From NCBI RefSeq assembly GCF_009914755.1, contig NC_060941.1: a stretch of 64,000 bases of DNA. One strand, written 5' to 3'. This stretch comes from the human T2T-CHM13v2.0 reference genome, Homo sapiens. The notes below the pieces were generated by a model. The model had not been told where the DNA came from. It made no database searches and saw nothing but the letters and a program-made list of their open reading frames with translations. Positions within the stretch are counted from its first letter, which is position 1. Every line of letters starts with the position of its first letter. Below, piece after piece: positions 1 through 15,372 of this stretch. Both the position numbers and the translations under genes were made by a program.

Positions 1-934
1 CCCCATTTTCTAGTGGTTACCTTGACATCATGAAGAGTTTATGTCTCTTTTGCCCTAGGTTTGGGCAATAGTCATTCACTGTGCAACAGGAAATACACGA
101 GTCAGCATCTTATTAAAAATAAAGTCATTCAGGAAAGTGGACGACAGTTTCTAATCTAGAGAGCATAGGAGAAGAAATGTTTACCACACACAAAGTATTA
201 GTGCCTTTTATATCACGAAGACAAAAATAACAGGAAAAAGACAAACACATTATAGTGAAAACTTGTTTTTCCTAACCAGCATCTATTCTGCATGTTTCCT
301 GATGCCCGAAACTCACATTTCCTCAGGAAAATCTCCCTTCTGCACCATTCTCAGGCTTTAAGTTTATGTAAAATTCAGTAAACCCAAAGATTCAAGTTAT
401 GTGCCTTGATTAACTTAAGCAAATCAATGAAACCCATCCCCATAACCACAGCGACAGGTTAGGAAATTCGGTTCCTAAGTCAGTCACATCCGAAAGGGCC
501 TAGTGATGTTTTTTTCCAGTGGGATCACAGACTCACTCTTCCTTGCAGAAAATGAACAAAGGATTCATGTAACACTGGCAGGTACTGGCAGCCACCCAGG
601 GCCTCTCACAGGAAAGGGAGATCAGAAAGAGAAGCAAAGAGGACTCATGAGATACCATAGGGCTGCTGCGTCCAGCCTTGCCTGGAGCTAGGGCCACCTC
701 GATGCCCTATAGTCTTGGAGCCACAACGTGCATTTACTCAAAGCCTCTTTGAGTTTGGTTTGCTTGTTTGCTTTCTGCCTGGAAACTGCCAGCATCCTGA
801 GAGATACGAGATCTGCATCTGTGCAGAGACACAGGGTTTGTTAAAAGTCACAGGCCCTGACTGAAGTGTGGAACTGGCTGAAATGAGAAAGTGGTAATTT
901 GGGGAGGACCTTGTGAAATGGAAGGAGTTTTAAA

Positions 935-1085
935 CCTTACATGCATCAGAATTACCTGGAGCCTTGTGAAAACACAGGTTGCTGGGCCCTAGTCCATTAA
1001 GAAAGGAAGTGGGGCTTAGAATGTTCATTTCTCCCATGTTCCCAGGTGATATTCACCATGCTGTCCTGTCTGGGCACTACCTTTT
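935..1085. mobile_element. MER5-type hAT DNA transposon remnant
   Basis: TGCATCAGAATTACCTGGAG..CTTGT.AAAACACAG.TTGCTGGGCCC resembles the MER5A consensus. Confidence 0.6.
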
Positions 1086-1213
1086 GCCATACCCATTACA
1101 AGGTATTGCACGTGCTGGTTGAACTATGGTCTGTCTTATTTTGGTGCTAAAAGCCTGTGCCAAATACCAACGCTGCAGCATTAAGGAATGTGATAGAAAA
1201 GATTCTGAATATA

Positions 1214-1553
<340 letters not shown>

Positions 1554-1894
1554 TTACATCAGTAAGGTCCTTTAAGAAAGAGTTTAGGCTGCTTTGAAAT
1601 GGGCTCATCTGAAATTGAAAAAGGAAGAAATTGAACTTGCTAAAAAAGGCCCTTCCAACTTATTGACTGAGAACCCAGTAATCTGGAGACTTGAAGGGCT
1701 GTAATGGCAGAATTTTCTACTCTAAGATAAAGTTAGCATGAGCAGAGACAGGAAGATGAGAGACCTAATGAGGCCAAGGGTCAAACATTCATCACCTCCA
1801 CATGGGCCAAGATGCAGGCAGAGGTCTCTCACCAGGGACTTGGTGGTAGAGGTGACACTGGTAGTGAGGTCTGTGCTAGAAAGTGCACATCCCT

Positions 1895-2231
<337 letters not shown>

Positions 2232-2782
2232 TTAAAATGCAAATTCGAGCTTTGTAACTGAAAACATCTCTGCTTCTGGCTACCTGGCCCATGGAATTGA
2301 TCAGAAGCAAATAGTAGCCTATGGACATTAGAAGGGAGTCACATTGCCAAAGAAACCACAAGACTGGTTCCAAACAGTCGCTGATTACACAATACCTAAG
2401 GCAACCTCAGGCTAACTCACACAGACAGGAAGTCAGCAGCCTCCAGAAAGCAGATCCTCCACATTGCACATCTCAGATTGTCCGTGGAGGACATTCCCCC
2501 AGGGAGGAGAGCTAGGGACTGCCAGATCAGCTGAACTGCTTAAAAATGCAATTCCCATTCTCCAGTTCCCTAACAGGAGTCTGTGTTTAACTTACTCTGT
2601 TTGTTCATAACACTTGTATTTAGGGAATATTGGGCATGATTAAACTTTGTTTAGCTTTGGGTTTCTGGACCTTGTGAAACAATTCAGTGCAGGCAAATAT
2701 TGTATGCCCCTATATTTTTTTCCTGAAAGTCAATAAAGAAGGAATGATGACACCTTCACTGCATCTATGGGGACAAAAGCTG

Positions 2783-2785
<3 letters not shown>

Positions 2786-2832
<47 letters not shown>
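2786..2832. repeat. (GT)n microsatellite, about 23 units, followed by short (GA)n
   Basis: Direct reading. Confidence 0.95.
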
Positions 2833-2837
<5 letters not shown>

Positions 2838-4778
2838 GAGAGACAGAGAACAGCCTTGTCAAAAGGATGTGTTTGTTGCTGTACCCTCATTATACGAAAG
2901 CCATCATGGCATCAAAATGCTGTAAGCCAGGCTGAGCTCTATTCTCTCTGCATCAACTCAGAATCCCTACCAGAAAGTGGTTGTGATGGATGGAATATCA
3001 CCCATCAAAGAACAGGGTAAGATGAGACCAGAGAGGTAAGCTATGCAAGCTAATCAGAAAATAACTCAAAGTTTTAAAAGTGCAGAATATAAAAAGGAAA
3101 AACCCTCATTCCTAAAAAAATTTAAAAAAAGCCTCATTTCCTCAAAGAAACGACAGTTAGCTATTTGATGTGTGTCTTTCCAAATATTTGCCTATGTAAA
3201 TATATGTGTGTATATGGCTTTTAAAAATAAAAACAAAATAATATCCTTTACAGACAGTTTTGTAGCATATGTAGAGAATATATATGCATATACTGAATGT
3301 AAATAGATATGCATTTTACCTAGAATATTACGGACACTTTCCACAGTTATAGATGTGTGCTGCTTTTGTTTACTGACTGCAGAATATTCCATTGATGGAC
3401 ATCTTAATCCTCTACTTATTAATCCCCTACTGATGACTGTTTGCATTTCTTTGCTCTTTACCAACCATACTTGAAAGAATATCCTCATGTCTACATATTC
3501 TTATCTTTTGGCAGTGTTTCTATGAAGCAGATTCCTAGAAATGGGATCAGGTCAAATGGGATGTAGGTCACATAGTATGTGCATTTTAATATTTGCTAAG
3601 TAGTAGTGTTTAATTATGCTTTAAAGAGTTTGAGCCCTACAGTTCTAAACATGTTTGGACACAGAAATTAGATTATTTTAAACAAAATGAAATAAGCATA
3701 GCTCATAAAAATTAACACGTTTGGTTTTCACACAAATATTTTGAATTTCCCTTTCTTCTGCAAAAAGGACCCTAGCTTAGTATGCATTTCTTGTACATAT
3801 AATGCAAGCAATCCATCTATTAAATAACTTACCTTTCAAACCTATAGACAGCATCCTGCTCCACACAGAAGCTGGTTGTCTTTTCATTCTCTAACATTAG
3901 CTATTTATTTTGTAGAGTGTAGATTCTAGAGAAATAATGTATAATACACCTGTTGCCATATGCAGAGACTTACCACATTTAGAAAACAGTGGTGAATTCT
4001 ATTGACAGTGGCTCTCAGTCATTAACATGCTATGGAACACCTCATGAGCTTGATAAAAATATCAGTTCCCAGGTCTACACCTAAAGATCCTGATGTAATT
4101 GGCTTAAATAATCACTGCTGAAACACTCTATGTCAACTCAGAATCCTGACAGGAAGTGGTTGCAATGGATAAAGTATCATCTGTTAAAGAATGGGGTAAG
4201 ATTTGAGTATAGGCGGGTCATACTTTGGGAAATAACTTGGTCAATGGTTAACAGCATAGTCTGTAGTTCAATAAAAGTCCAGTTTGGGAACACAATTGAC
4301 CTTTTACATGCTGTGTAACCTCAGCCAAGTTGTCTAACCTTTCTGAGCCCTGGGTTACTTTTCTGTCAAGTGGAGGTATTAATAGTACCTAAGCTGTACT
4401 ATTGCATTGGTAAGATTAAATGAACAATGTATAAAAAGCACTCAGTAGGAGTAAGCCTCAACAATGTAAGTAATTGCTATTAAGAGCTTGATTCATCATG
4501 AATATGCCCTACAGAATACTCTGCTTAATGGTGTCCATTCAAGTAGTTAATTCTCCTAGAGCGTGCATATTACGATTTGAGTTATAACATATTCGTAGTT
4601 TCAATGTTCCAGAACTTTGTGAAGTGGATAACTCTGTCGTAGCGCTCCCCATCTCTCCCAATTTCCCTCCATTTCACCTCTTCCTAATCTTTGCCTATGA
4701 TTCCTCTTAACCAGTGATTTTGATTTGCCAGAAAAACAAAACCAAACTCAATACTGGTTTACCGTTTAAAAGAACATC

Positions 4779-4784
4779 TTTATT
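4779..4784 (-). terminator. CCL3L polyadenylation signal AATAAA
   Basis: tttatt on + strand about 390 nt downstream of the stop codon. Confidence 0.85.
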
Positions 4785-4974
4785 ATTTCCCCAGGCCGAT
4801 CACAGCCCTGAACAAAAGCATCTGATACACATTTGTCAGTCTGGTGGCTTTGGTGCCATGACTGCCTACACAGGCCGATGACAGCCACTCGGTTGTCACC
4901 AGACACACTGTGAGGGAAGGTGGAGGGGACAGGGGGAACTCTCAGAGCAAACAATCACAAACACACTGTGAAAT

Positions 4975-5028
4975 CAAAAATAAATTATAAAAACTAAATA
5001 GTATAAATAAATTAAAATTTAAGTTAAG
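4975..5028 (-). promoter_or_regulatory. AU-rich element in CCL3L 3'UTR
   Basis: Minus strand reads ...TTAATTTATTTATACTATTTAGTTTTTATAATTTATTT..., with several ATTTA pentamers typical of chemokine mRNAs. Confidence 0.8.
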
Positions 5029-5174
5029 AAGAGTCCCACAGTGTGGCTGTTTGGCAATAACCAGTCCATAGAAGAGGTAGCTGTAGAGGTCACACGCATG
5101 TTCCCAAGGCTCAGGCTCCTGCTCCTCCCCACTGGGCCCACTGAGGTCGCTGGGCCTCGAAGCTTCTGGACCCC

Positions 5175-6562
5175 TCAGGCACTCAGCTCCAGGTCACTGA
5201 CGTATTTCTGGACCCACTCCTCACTGGGGTCAGCACAGACCTGCCGGCCTCTCTTGGTTAGGAAGCTGTGGAGAAGGGAGGAAGAGTTAAGCACTGGGGA
5301 ATCCAGCCGGGGAATCCTGGGCCCACCATGGCCCTGACATCCTGCTCTCTGTCCTGGGCAGCTCAAGGCCTGCTCCTCTCTCAGGGGCCCCCTGCCTATC
5401 TCCGTCTAGAGAGCTTCTCTCAGTGACTCCAGGCAAGGGGGCCCTCAGAGTGTCCTGCTGCCTCCTTCTTCCTGTTCCTTTCCTCTGGCCTGGGGCAGCC
5501 CTTCCTGACTCTGTAACACCCACCTCACTCCAGCCCCAAGTCAGGTCACACCTCAGTGCCCTGCGTCCTGTATCCCCGATAGGCTCCTGAAGGCTGGGCC
5601 TTTCCAGGATGGCCTTCTGGCCTGTTTCTGCCCCCACCCTGACACTCCCTACCTCCCTAGAGGTGAGCAGGAAGACTGGCACTTACATGACACTGGGCTT
5701 GGAGCACTGGCTGCTCGTCTCAAAGTAGTCAGCTATGAAATTCTGTGGAATCTGTCGGGAGGTGTAGCTGAAGCAGCAGGCGGTCGGCGTGTCAGCAGCA
5801 ACTGCGGAGAAAGGAGAGAATAAGCCCGAGTCACAGCTCAGAAGAAAAGGCCAGGCAGCTTCTGATCCCTGAGTGGTTGAGGAGGGCAGGCTTGCTCAGA
5901 CCAAGTGACTGCAAGGCATTTGGGGGGTTTTGCAGAGAAATGTCTCTTTGTTTCTGTCTATATTCCTCTTTCCCCTTGACTCTTCATAGTGGGTTCTCTG
6001 TTTCTCTATGTGATCCAGATACCTGAATGGACTGTTCTCTTAGCTCTCTTCATGGAATTTTGTCGGTTCAAGAAGTCATACCCCAGCCCAAGAGAAGCCC
6101 TGGACATCTCTCATAAGACATCCAAGGGACAGGGCTCCTGGGAGACCTAGGGTGAGCTGGAGAGTGAACAACAGACCCCACTGGGAAGTAAGCAGCCCTG
6201 GATTCTGCCTCTTGCAAACTGATTCGTTTTGAACCCTGTTTTTCTATCTGTACAAGGGACTGTAACTCCCCTGCCCCTGCCTAGATTCTCATACCTGGAG
6301 ACTAGGAGGGCTAAGACCCCTTCTAGAGATAAAAATAAAAGTTGTGAAGAAAAAGACCAAGGTGTTTGGCAGCGCTTTAAGAACTTCCTTCTTTTCTCTT
6401 CGGGGCTCTCAGGCCGCAAAAAAAGACTGATGTGGTCTAACCATGGCCAGAGAGTGGTGATACCCACAACAACAACATGGACTCACGTGGTGCAGAGAGG
6501 ACCTGGTTGCAGAGAGCCATGGTGCAGAGGAGGACGGCAAGGGCAGCAGTGGAGACCTGCAT
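5175..6562 (-). CDS. CCL3L1: C-C motif chemokine 3-like (LD78beta/MIP-1alphaP), CCL3L1/CCL3L3 type; join(6487..6562,5687..5801,5175..5265), 93 aa
   Basis: Spliced translation [93 protein letters not shown]. Exons of 76+115+91 nt with GT-AG boundaries. VLSAPLAAD, KPSV and KRGR distinguish it from CCL3. CCL3L1 vs CCL3L3 cannot be separated by eye. Confidence 0.97.
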
Positions 6563-6670
6563 GATTGGGAGCAGGTGATGGAATGTGGGCTCGAGTGTCA
6601 GCAGAGCCAAGAAGGGACTGACTACTCTTTGCTGCCTGCGTCCTTCTGATGTCTGAAGCCATCTCTCCTC

Positions 6671-6790
6671 TTTATAGGCAGCCCTGGCGGATGGGGAAAT
6701 GGAATCTGGGGGTGAGGAGGGAAATTTTTAAGTGTAGTGATGCTGTCATGCTGAGTGTTGCACAACTCAGGGTCCCTGGTGACCACAGGG
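6671..6790 (-). promoter_or_regulatory. CCL3L proximal promoter: TATAAA (6671-6676), kappaB-like site (6719-6728), C/EBP-like TTGTGCAA (6758-6765), RUNX TGTGGTC (6781-6787)
   Basis: Motifs read directly. TATA lies about 110 nt upstream of the ATG. Function is inferred from motif consensus. Confidence 0.75.
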
Positions 6791-6957
6791 GCTCAGGATA
6801 TCCAAGAATAGCATCTCTGAGCTACTCTCTAACTCTCAGCTCTCAACTCATGACTGGTTCTAGCTTCATGGGGTTTCTCCTGTGAGTGTGAAGAGGGGTG
6901 TGTGTCAACCCAAGGCTATTCTTAGTTGATCCCTTCTCATAAGAACTGGTCTATGCA

Positions 6958-7254
6958 GCCAGGCATGGTCGCTCACACCTGTAATCCCAACACTTTGGGA
7001 GGCCGAGGCTGCGGATCACCTGAGGTCAGTTTGAGACCAACCTGACCAAGAAAGAGAAACTCCATCTCTACTAAAAATACAAAAGTAGTCAGGCATGGTG
7101 GCACATGCCTGTAATCCCAGCTACTCGGGAGGCTGAGGGCAGGAGAATCGCTTGAACCCAGGAGGTGGGGGCTGTGGTGAGCTGAGATCATGCCATTGCA
7201 CTCCAGCCTGGGCAACAAAAGTGAAACTCCATCTCAAAAAAAAAAAAAAAAAAA
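6958..7254 (+). mobile_element. AluS in the CCL3L upstream region
   Basis: Full-length Alu with A-tail. TSD aagaa(c/t)tggtctatgca at 6941-6957 and 7253-7269. Confidence 0.93.
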
Positions 7255-10200
7255 GAATTGGTCTATGCATGAACTCTCCAGCCCCATTCCTTCCCACAGA
7301 GCTGTAATTCTGCTTCCTCAGCTGCTATAACCACAAGGATAGGGTCAATGGGCTGATGCTGTGGAGGGCTAGACAACCCCCAGTCCTCCCAGAGGAAAGG
7401 AACTCAATGAAAGCTGGAGGAATAGAAAGCATGAGGTCACGTTTCAGTCATTTGTCTATTTATTAGTCTCGGAGTGACTGGGGCGCTGTGTTAAACGCTA
7501 GTTGTGGATCATAAAAATACTTTAGAGGTGGGTGTCAGTATGTCAGGTGCCTAGAAATATGTGTAGCCATTAACCTAGAAAAAGCATTTCTGGGAAAGAG
7601 TTCTGTGGAAACAACCCAAATATGGAGCCATCTTCAAACATAAAGATACCTGACCCAGCATCATTTATAACTCTAAAATAAGCAAAGCTAAATTTTTCTC
7701 TATCAGGGAATGATAAATTATCCACAAGATCCTTTATTATTAAGTCTCTAACGTGAATGAAGTGGCATAAATATGCTTATAACATCAGTGGTTAAAAAAA
7801 AAGCAAGATAAAACATTATACAAATTCTATAAAATTTGAAGAATTGTATAAAGATATATATATGCCATGCCAACTCTAGGCATGGAAAAAATTAAAAGGC
7901 TTGGAAATACATGCCTTAAAGAATGAATAGTGCTTAGATCCATGGGTGATTTATTTTCTTATTTTTTTCTTTTTCTGAATTTTCCTCATTTTATTTAGTG
8001 AGACTGTATTACCTTCTTGGTCAGCCCACAAATTTATGAACTAATTTTGTTTTAAAACATTTCCAACATCACTGGTTGAAAAGTGGGTTGTTGTCAGTTG
8101 TTTAATCTGAAAGAAATTACTGATAAATATGCTACAGTTTCTGTTCAATGGGCTTTGCCAAAATGAAGTCTTGATTTCCCATTTCTTTGAACCATTTTAA
8201 GGATCCTGTACTATACTTACATAAATAATGCCAAACTGAAGCAGTTTTTTCCTTATTCTTTTCAACACATAATTTCAGTGGTGTGGAAGGGTCTCTACCT
8301 TCTCAGCCAGATTATATGCTTTTTTTTTTCTTTTCCATACTTTGTTATTTTATTATTTTGCAATCAATCAGCATATCTCATTTTATAATGAGAAATAGAT
8401 TTAGTTGGTTTTAATGATCTTTGTTTCTGAGATGCCCCTGGTCTCATGGGGGCAGGTAGAGTGTATGAACAGGTAATTGTAAAACTCTTAGTAGAAAAAG
8501 AAATGAAAGCTCAGAACCCCATGAGGAAGAAGTGACCTTCCACCAGAGGGTTGGGGAAGGCTTCATGGAAGGGATGGAACTTTAGTTGTGTCTGGATAAC
8601 TGCCCGGGATTTAGGCATCTATAGATGGGTGGGCAGTGGAGGCCCAGCTGAGGCAGAGTCCTGGGTGTGACATTGTGGCTCAGAGGAAAGAGGGGGTGCT
8701 TCAGTGGAGCTGCAGAGCAGTGGGGGTGAATATGGATGATAAAGGTAAATTGGGACCAAACCAGGACAGGCCTTGAATTCCCCCCAAAGGGGTTAGAGTT
8801 GACACACTTGATGCTGGAGAACAACGGAGGACAGAAGCCAAGTGGGACCACGCCTTTGAAATTCTGTCCTTCCTGAGTGTCTTTAGACTTAGGTCTTTTA
8901 ATACACATGGGCTCTGTTTCCATTCCACCCCAGTGATGGCTAGTGCCAGTCTTGAGGGAGGAGAAGCAGAGGCAAGATCAGGGGCCGTGGTAGGTTTCAT
9001 CAGAGCTTTGGCATCCACGTATCTTCCCCTATTGCTACCAATTCCAAATAAAGGTATCTCTGCCACTTGTCTCATTAGAAACCTACATCACAGGCAATGA
9101 CTCCTTCTCACCCCACCCTCTGCCTCTCAGCTCTCGTTGATACCCTGAATTGCGTTCCGTCACTCACTTCTTAGGGGAACCCCCTCCATACTCGTGATTC
9201 CTTTTCTGGGAGCTGGCTTCTGTGAGTTGTGGAGAGTGAGAAAAGGAAATGGAAACTGCTGAATCAGTCAGTGTTCTGATAAGGGACATCCTCTATCTCT
9301 GTGATTACAGTACAGTGTGTTATAATTAGTTACCTATGTAATTTGCTCTTCAAAAACCTAGACCATGTCCTGTTGATTTTATTTTAGTTTCTTTTTCTCA
9401 AGAAATTTATAGTTTAATAAAGGCAATGTGGGAGTGTGGAAACAAACTTTGATTTTGTACTAATGATAGATTAGCAACTACACAAATTTTAGTTCACAAT
9501 AAGTAATATTTATCGAGTGATCACCATGTGCTGATTTCCATAATATGGATTTACATGTTTGAACTGTCTTCAAAACAACCCTATGATTTAGTTACCAGTA
9601 TACTTTCTTAGTTGAACAGGTGAAGAAACCAAAGTAAATAGAGGTTAAGCAATTTTCCGAAGGCCGTAAAGCTGATGACTAGCAGAGCAGGGATTCACAT
9701 CCAGGTAGTCTGACTCTAGGTACCACATGCTACACATCCTGTACCACAACTTATTATATTTGATCCTCATACCAATCCTATAATGGTAGATTTTTTAGAG
9801 TGTCTTCTCAGATTGTAAACCAACTCCAGACCATGTCTCGTTGGTTGATTTAAACCAAATCCTAGTACATGATGATTATAACATGATGAACCTCCTGACC
9901 TAGTCTCTATCTCTTATTATTGTGTTCTTTATAATAAAGATGATTTATTGAATATATAATTCTATCTCAGTGTTTATATATTTGTAAGACTTTCTCTATC
10001 AATCCCCAAACCAGGAAATAGCCCTTTGCCATGTGTTTTGGCTTGGAGTAAAATATAGTTGCACGCATAGCATTTGCTTAATTTATATACGTTGAATGAA
10101 TAATGTAAGGGAGATGTAGGACGGGGTTGAGTTGGGAGGGTCTTAGACATTTCCTAGGTGGTAAATTGATGTTCCCAGTTGAAATGACGTACCCAGGGTC

Positions 10201-10409
10201 ATGCAGGTGGAATTGGTCAGTTTTATATTCCACTGTCTGTGTTAGTTACCAGTGTATCTCCAGTGATAACCACAATGCCTGACATATAGTGAAGCTTAAT
10301 ACCTATTTGATGAATAAATAAATCACTGATTTGACTAACAATATGTGTTATGCCTGAACTCTCACTATGGAGTTGAAATACTAATGGGAAGGGTAGGATA
10401 AGAAAGGCC

Positions 10410-11049
<640 letters not shown>

Positions 11050-11064
11050 TTATGATTTGCTTTA

Positions 11065-11192
11065 AAGATAAAGGAAAGAAAGAAAGAAGAAAAAGAAGAA
11101 AGAGAAAGAAGAAAGAAAAAAGAAAGAAAGACGAAAGAAAGAAGCAAAGAAGGAAGGAGAGAGAGAAAGAAAAGAAAAGAAAAGAGAAAAAG
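11065..11192. repeat. Polypurine (GAAA/GAA)n tract
   Basis: About 125 nt almost entirely A/G. Confidence 0.9.
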
Positions 11193-12154
11193 GCCATGGT
11201 GTCACAGTTTTGATCTTTGGGAAACTGACCACCCAAGATTCCTTAGGTGGTGGTGACAGAAAGTAGACAGCAGTCAACACCGTGGACCCTTCAGCATGGA
11301 GGGATTTGATTTGTGTCCCAGCGTTCTGGCTCATTTCAGCCTCTGCGAGGCCCCACCTCAGTCCAGCAGAGCGTCCCAGTCCACAGTGCGGGGAATCATG
11401 GCTGGGCAGTTTGTCCTCTGCGGCGTCTTTGCCTTGCGCTGCTCAGCTTGCCTCCCCACTGTGTGCTGCTGCCTGTGCTCTCCAGTGCGGAGCATTGCTT
11501 TCCTTCCAGATTCTGGCCCCGAGGCTCCACTTCCCCAAGTGTCACCCTCCTCTATCTCCTTTGGCAGCAGGCGCCCCAGGGATGGGTTCACTGATGATGA
11601 CATCCTGTTTGGCCCAGCTTTGGCCTCCTTTTCTCATATGTGGTCTGCGTGGTCAGGTTGCAGCAGGTGTGGGCCCCACTTTTCATGCAGGCAGAAGCAG
11701 CAGCCTGGAGTCCCCTGTCTAGTATCTTAGACAGACAATGTCTCATTGACACAGCCCCTTCTTTCTGCAGCCAGCCCCTTGTTTCCCGTCCTGAGTCCTT
11801 GTTATTTTCTCTAGCCATTTCTTGCATGTGTGCAGTAGGTCAGGGCGTATGTCTTGGTACTGGATCCGATCCCTCTCCTGGTCCCTTGCCCCTTCTTCCA
11901 TATTCTCTACCCAATAAAAAGTGCCTCTTCCTATCAGTCTTCCAGTCCAGAAAGCTGAGAGTCACCCTTGTCTCCTCTTTCTCTGTCATCTCCTACAGCT
12001 ATTCAATCACCAACTCTAGTCTACATTCAATTTTACGTGCATCTGCCTCTCACCATTCCCACTGCCTCTGTCTTAGGTCAGGTTCTTATGGATTCTCACC
12101 ATGACAACTAGAAGAGGGTCCTAGCAACTGCTTTTTCTTCCACTTTTGTCTCTA

Positions 12155-14428
<2,274 letters not shown>

Positions 14429-14875
14429 TAAATTTTTTTTCAAAAAAAAAACAAAAACAGATCTCAAATTTTTTGGAAGCCCTCCATAACACTTCACTAC
14501 CACCATCTAAAGTGCTTACCCTCGCCCTCGGACACAATGCCTGTCACACAGTAGGTACTCAATACAGCTTTACTGAATTATGTTCATCTCTTGCTGGAGT
14601 ATTCCCTATCGCCTGCATGGAAAAAGGCCAGAAACAATTTGAAGGAAGATGCTTCACAAGGAATACTGAAAGTTTTCTTGACCTCATGAATGCTGGTGAG
14701 GCTTTACCCCTCTCTCAGGAATTTAACATCTCCTGAAGTTCCTGACCTCTGCCTTTCACAACTAAGAGCAGGCTGTGGCGGTGACCAAGGTCCATTTCCA
14801 TGGTAAGAAGAGTGGGGCTGGCCAGCTCTGTAGTCAGAGTGTGGCAGTCACCGATGAGCTGCTCCAACCGCTCAC

Positions 14876-15372
14876 TGTCCTATGGAGGCAGAAATTTAAA
14901 AAATAAATATGCACTCATTCATTCCAAGAAAATAACAGGCAATAAAGGAGAAGTTTTCCTCTGCCTAGCAAGCTCGCTTCAAGGACAGTTATAAGATAAC
15001 GTTGTTTGAGAAGTCGAAGCCAAAGGAATGGGCTCCAGACACCCCACCTCCATAACAAGTCTGAAGAAAAAAAAAAGGGACAAATGTCTGTATTTAGCCA
15101 GTTCTGTTTTTCTTTCAGTGCAGCTGTAAGGCCACCAGCTAAGCAAGGCCACAAGTTATGCTATGCTATAGACTATGGGACCTATCATTATATGATTAAC
15201 TGCTTTAGTTTTGCTTCTGCAAGCCTGCTTGTAAAACCCCACTCTGTCTTTGTTGAAATGCTCCAAATGCTCAGCTTTTTGGATATGAATTCACTGAGCC
15301 AGTGCACACCTTAAAATAAATATCCTCCTGTTCTCCCATATTGGTCTCTTCATTCCTCAGTTTACTACAGCA
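14876..15372 (+). mobile_element. Solo LTR, ERV1 class (LTR15-like; subfamily tentative)
   Basis: TG...CA termini, about 500 bp, near-TSD tcac/ttac, AATAAA about 55 nt from the 3' end, LTR-like composition. Confidence 0.6.

Noticed and set aside
500-810. Old MLT1-type LTR
   Set aside because: Resemblance too weak to set boundaries or a subfamily without a profile search.
11282-12104. Overlapping 144-154 aa ORFs as a novel gene
   Set aside because: No recognisable domain, mostly non-ATG starts, and open frames are explained by GC content.
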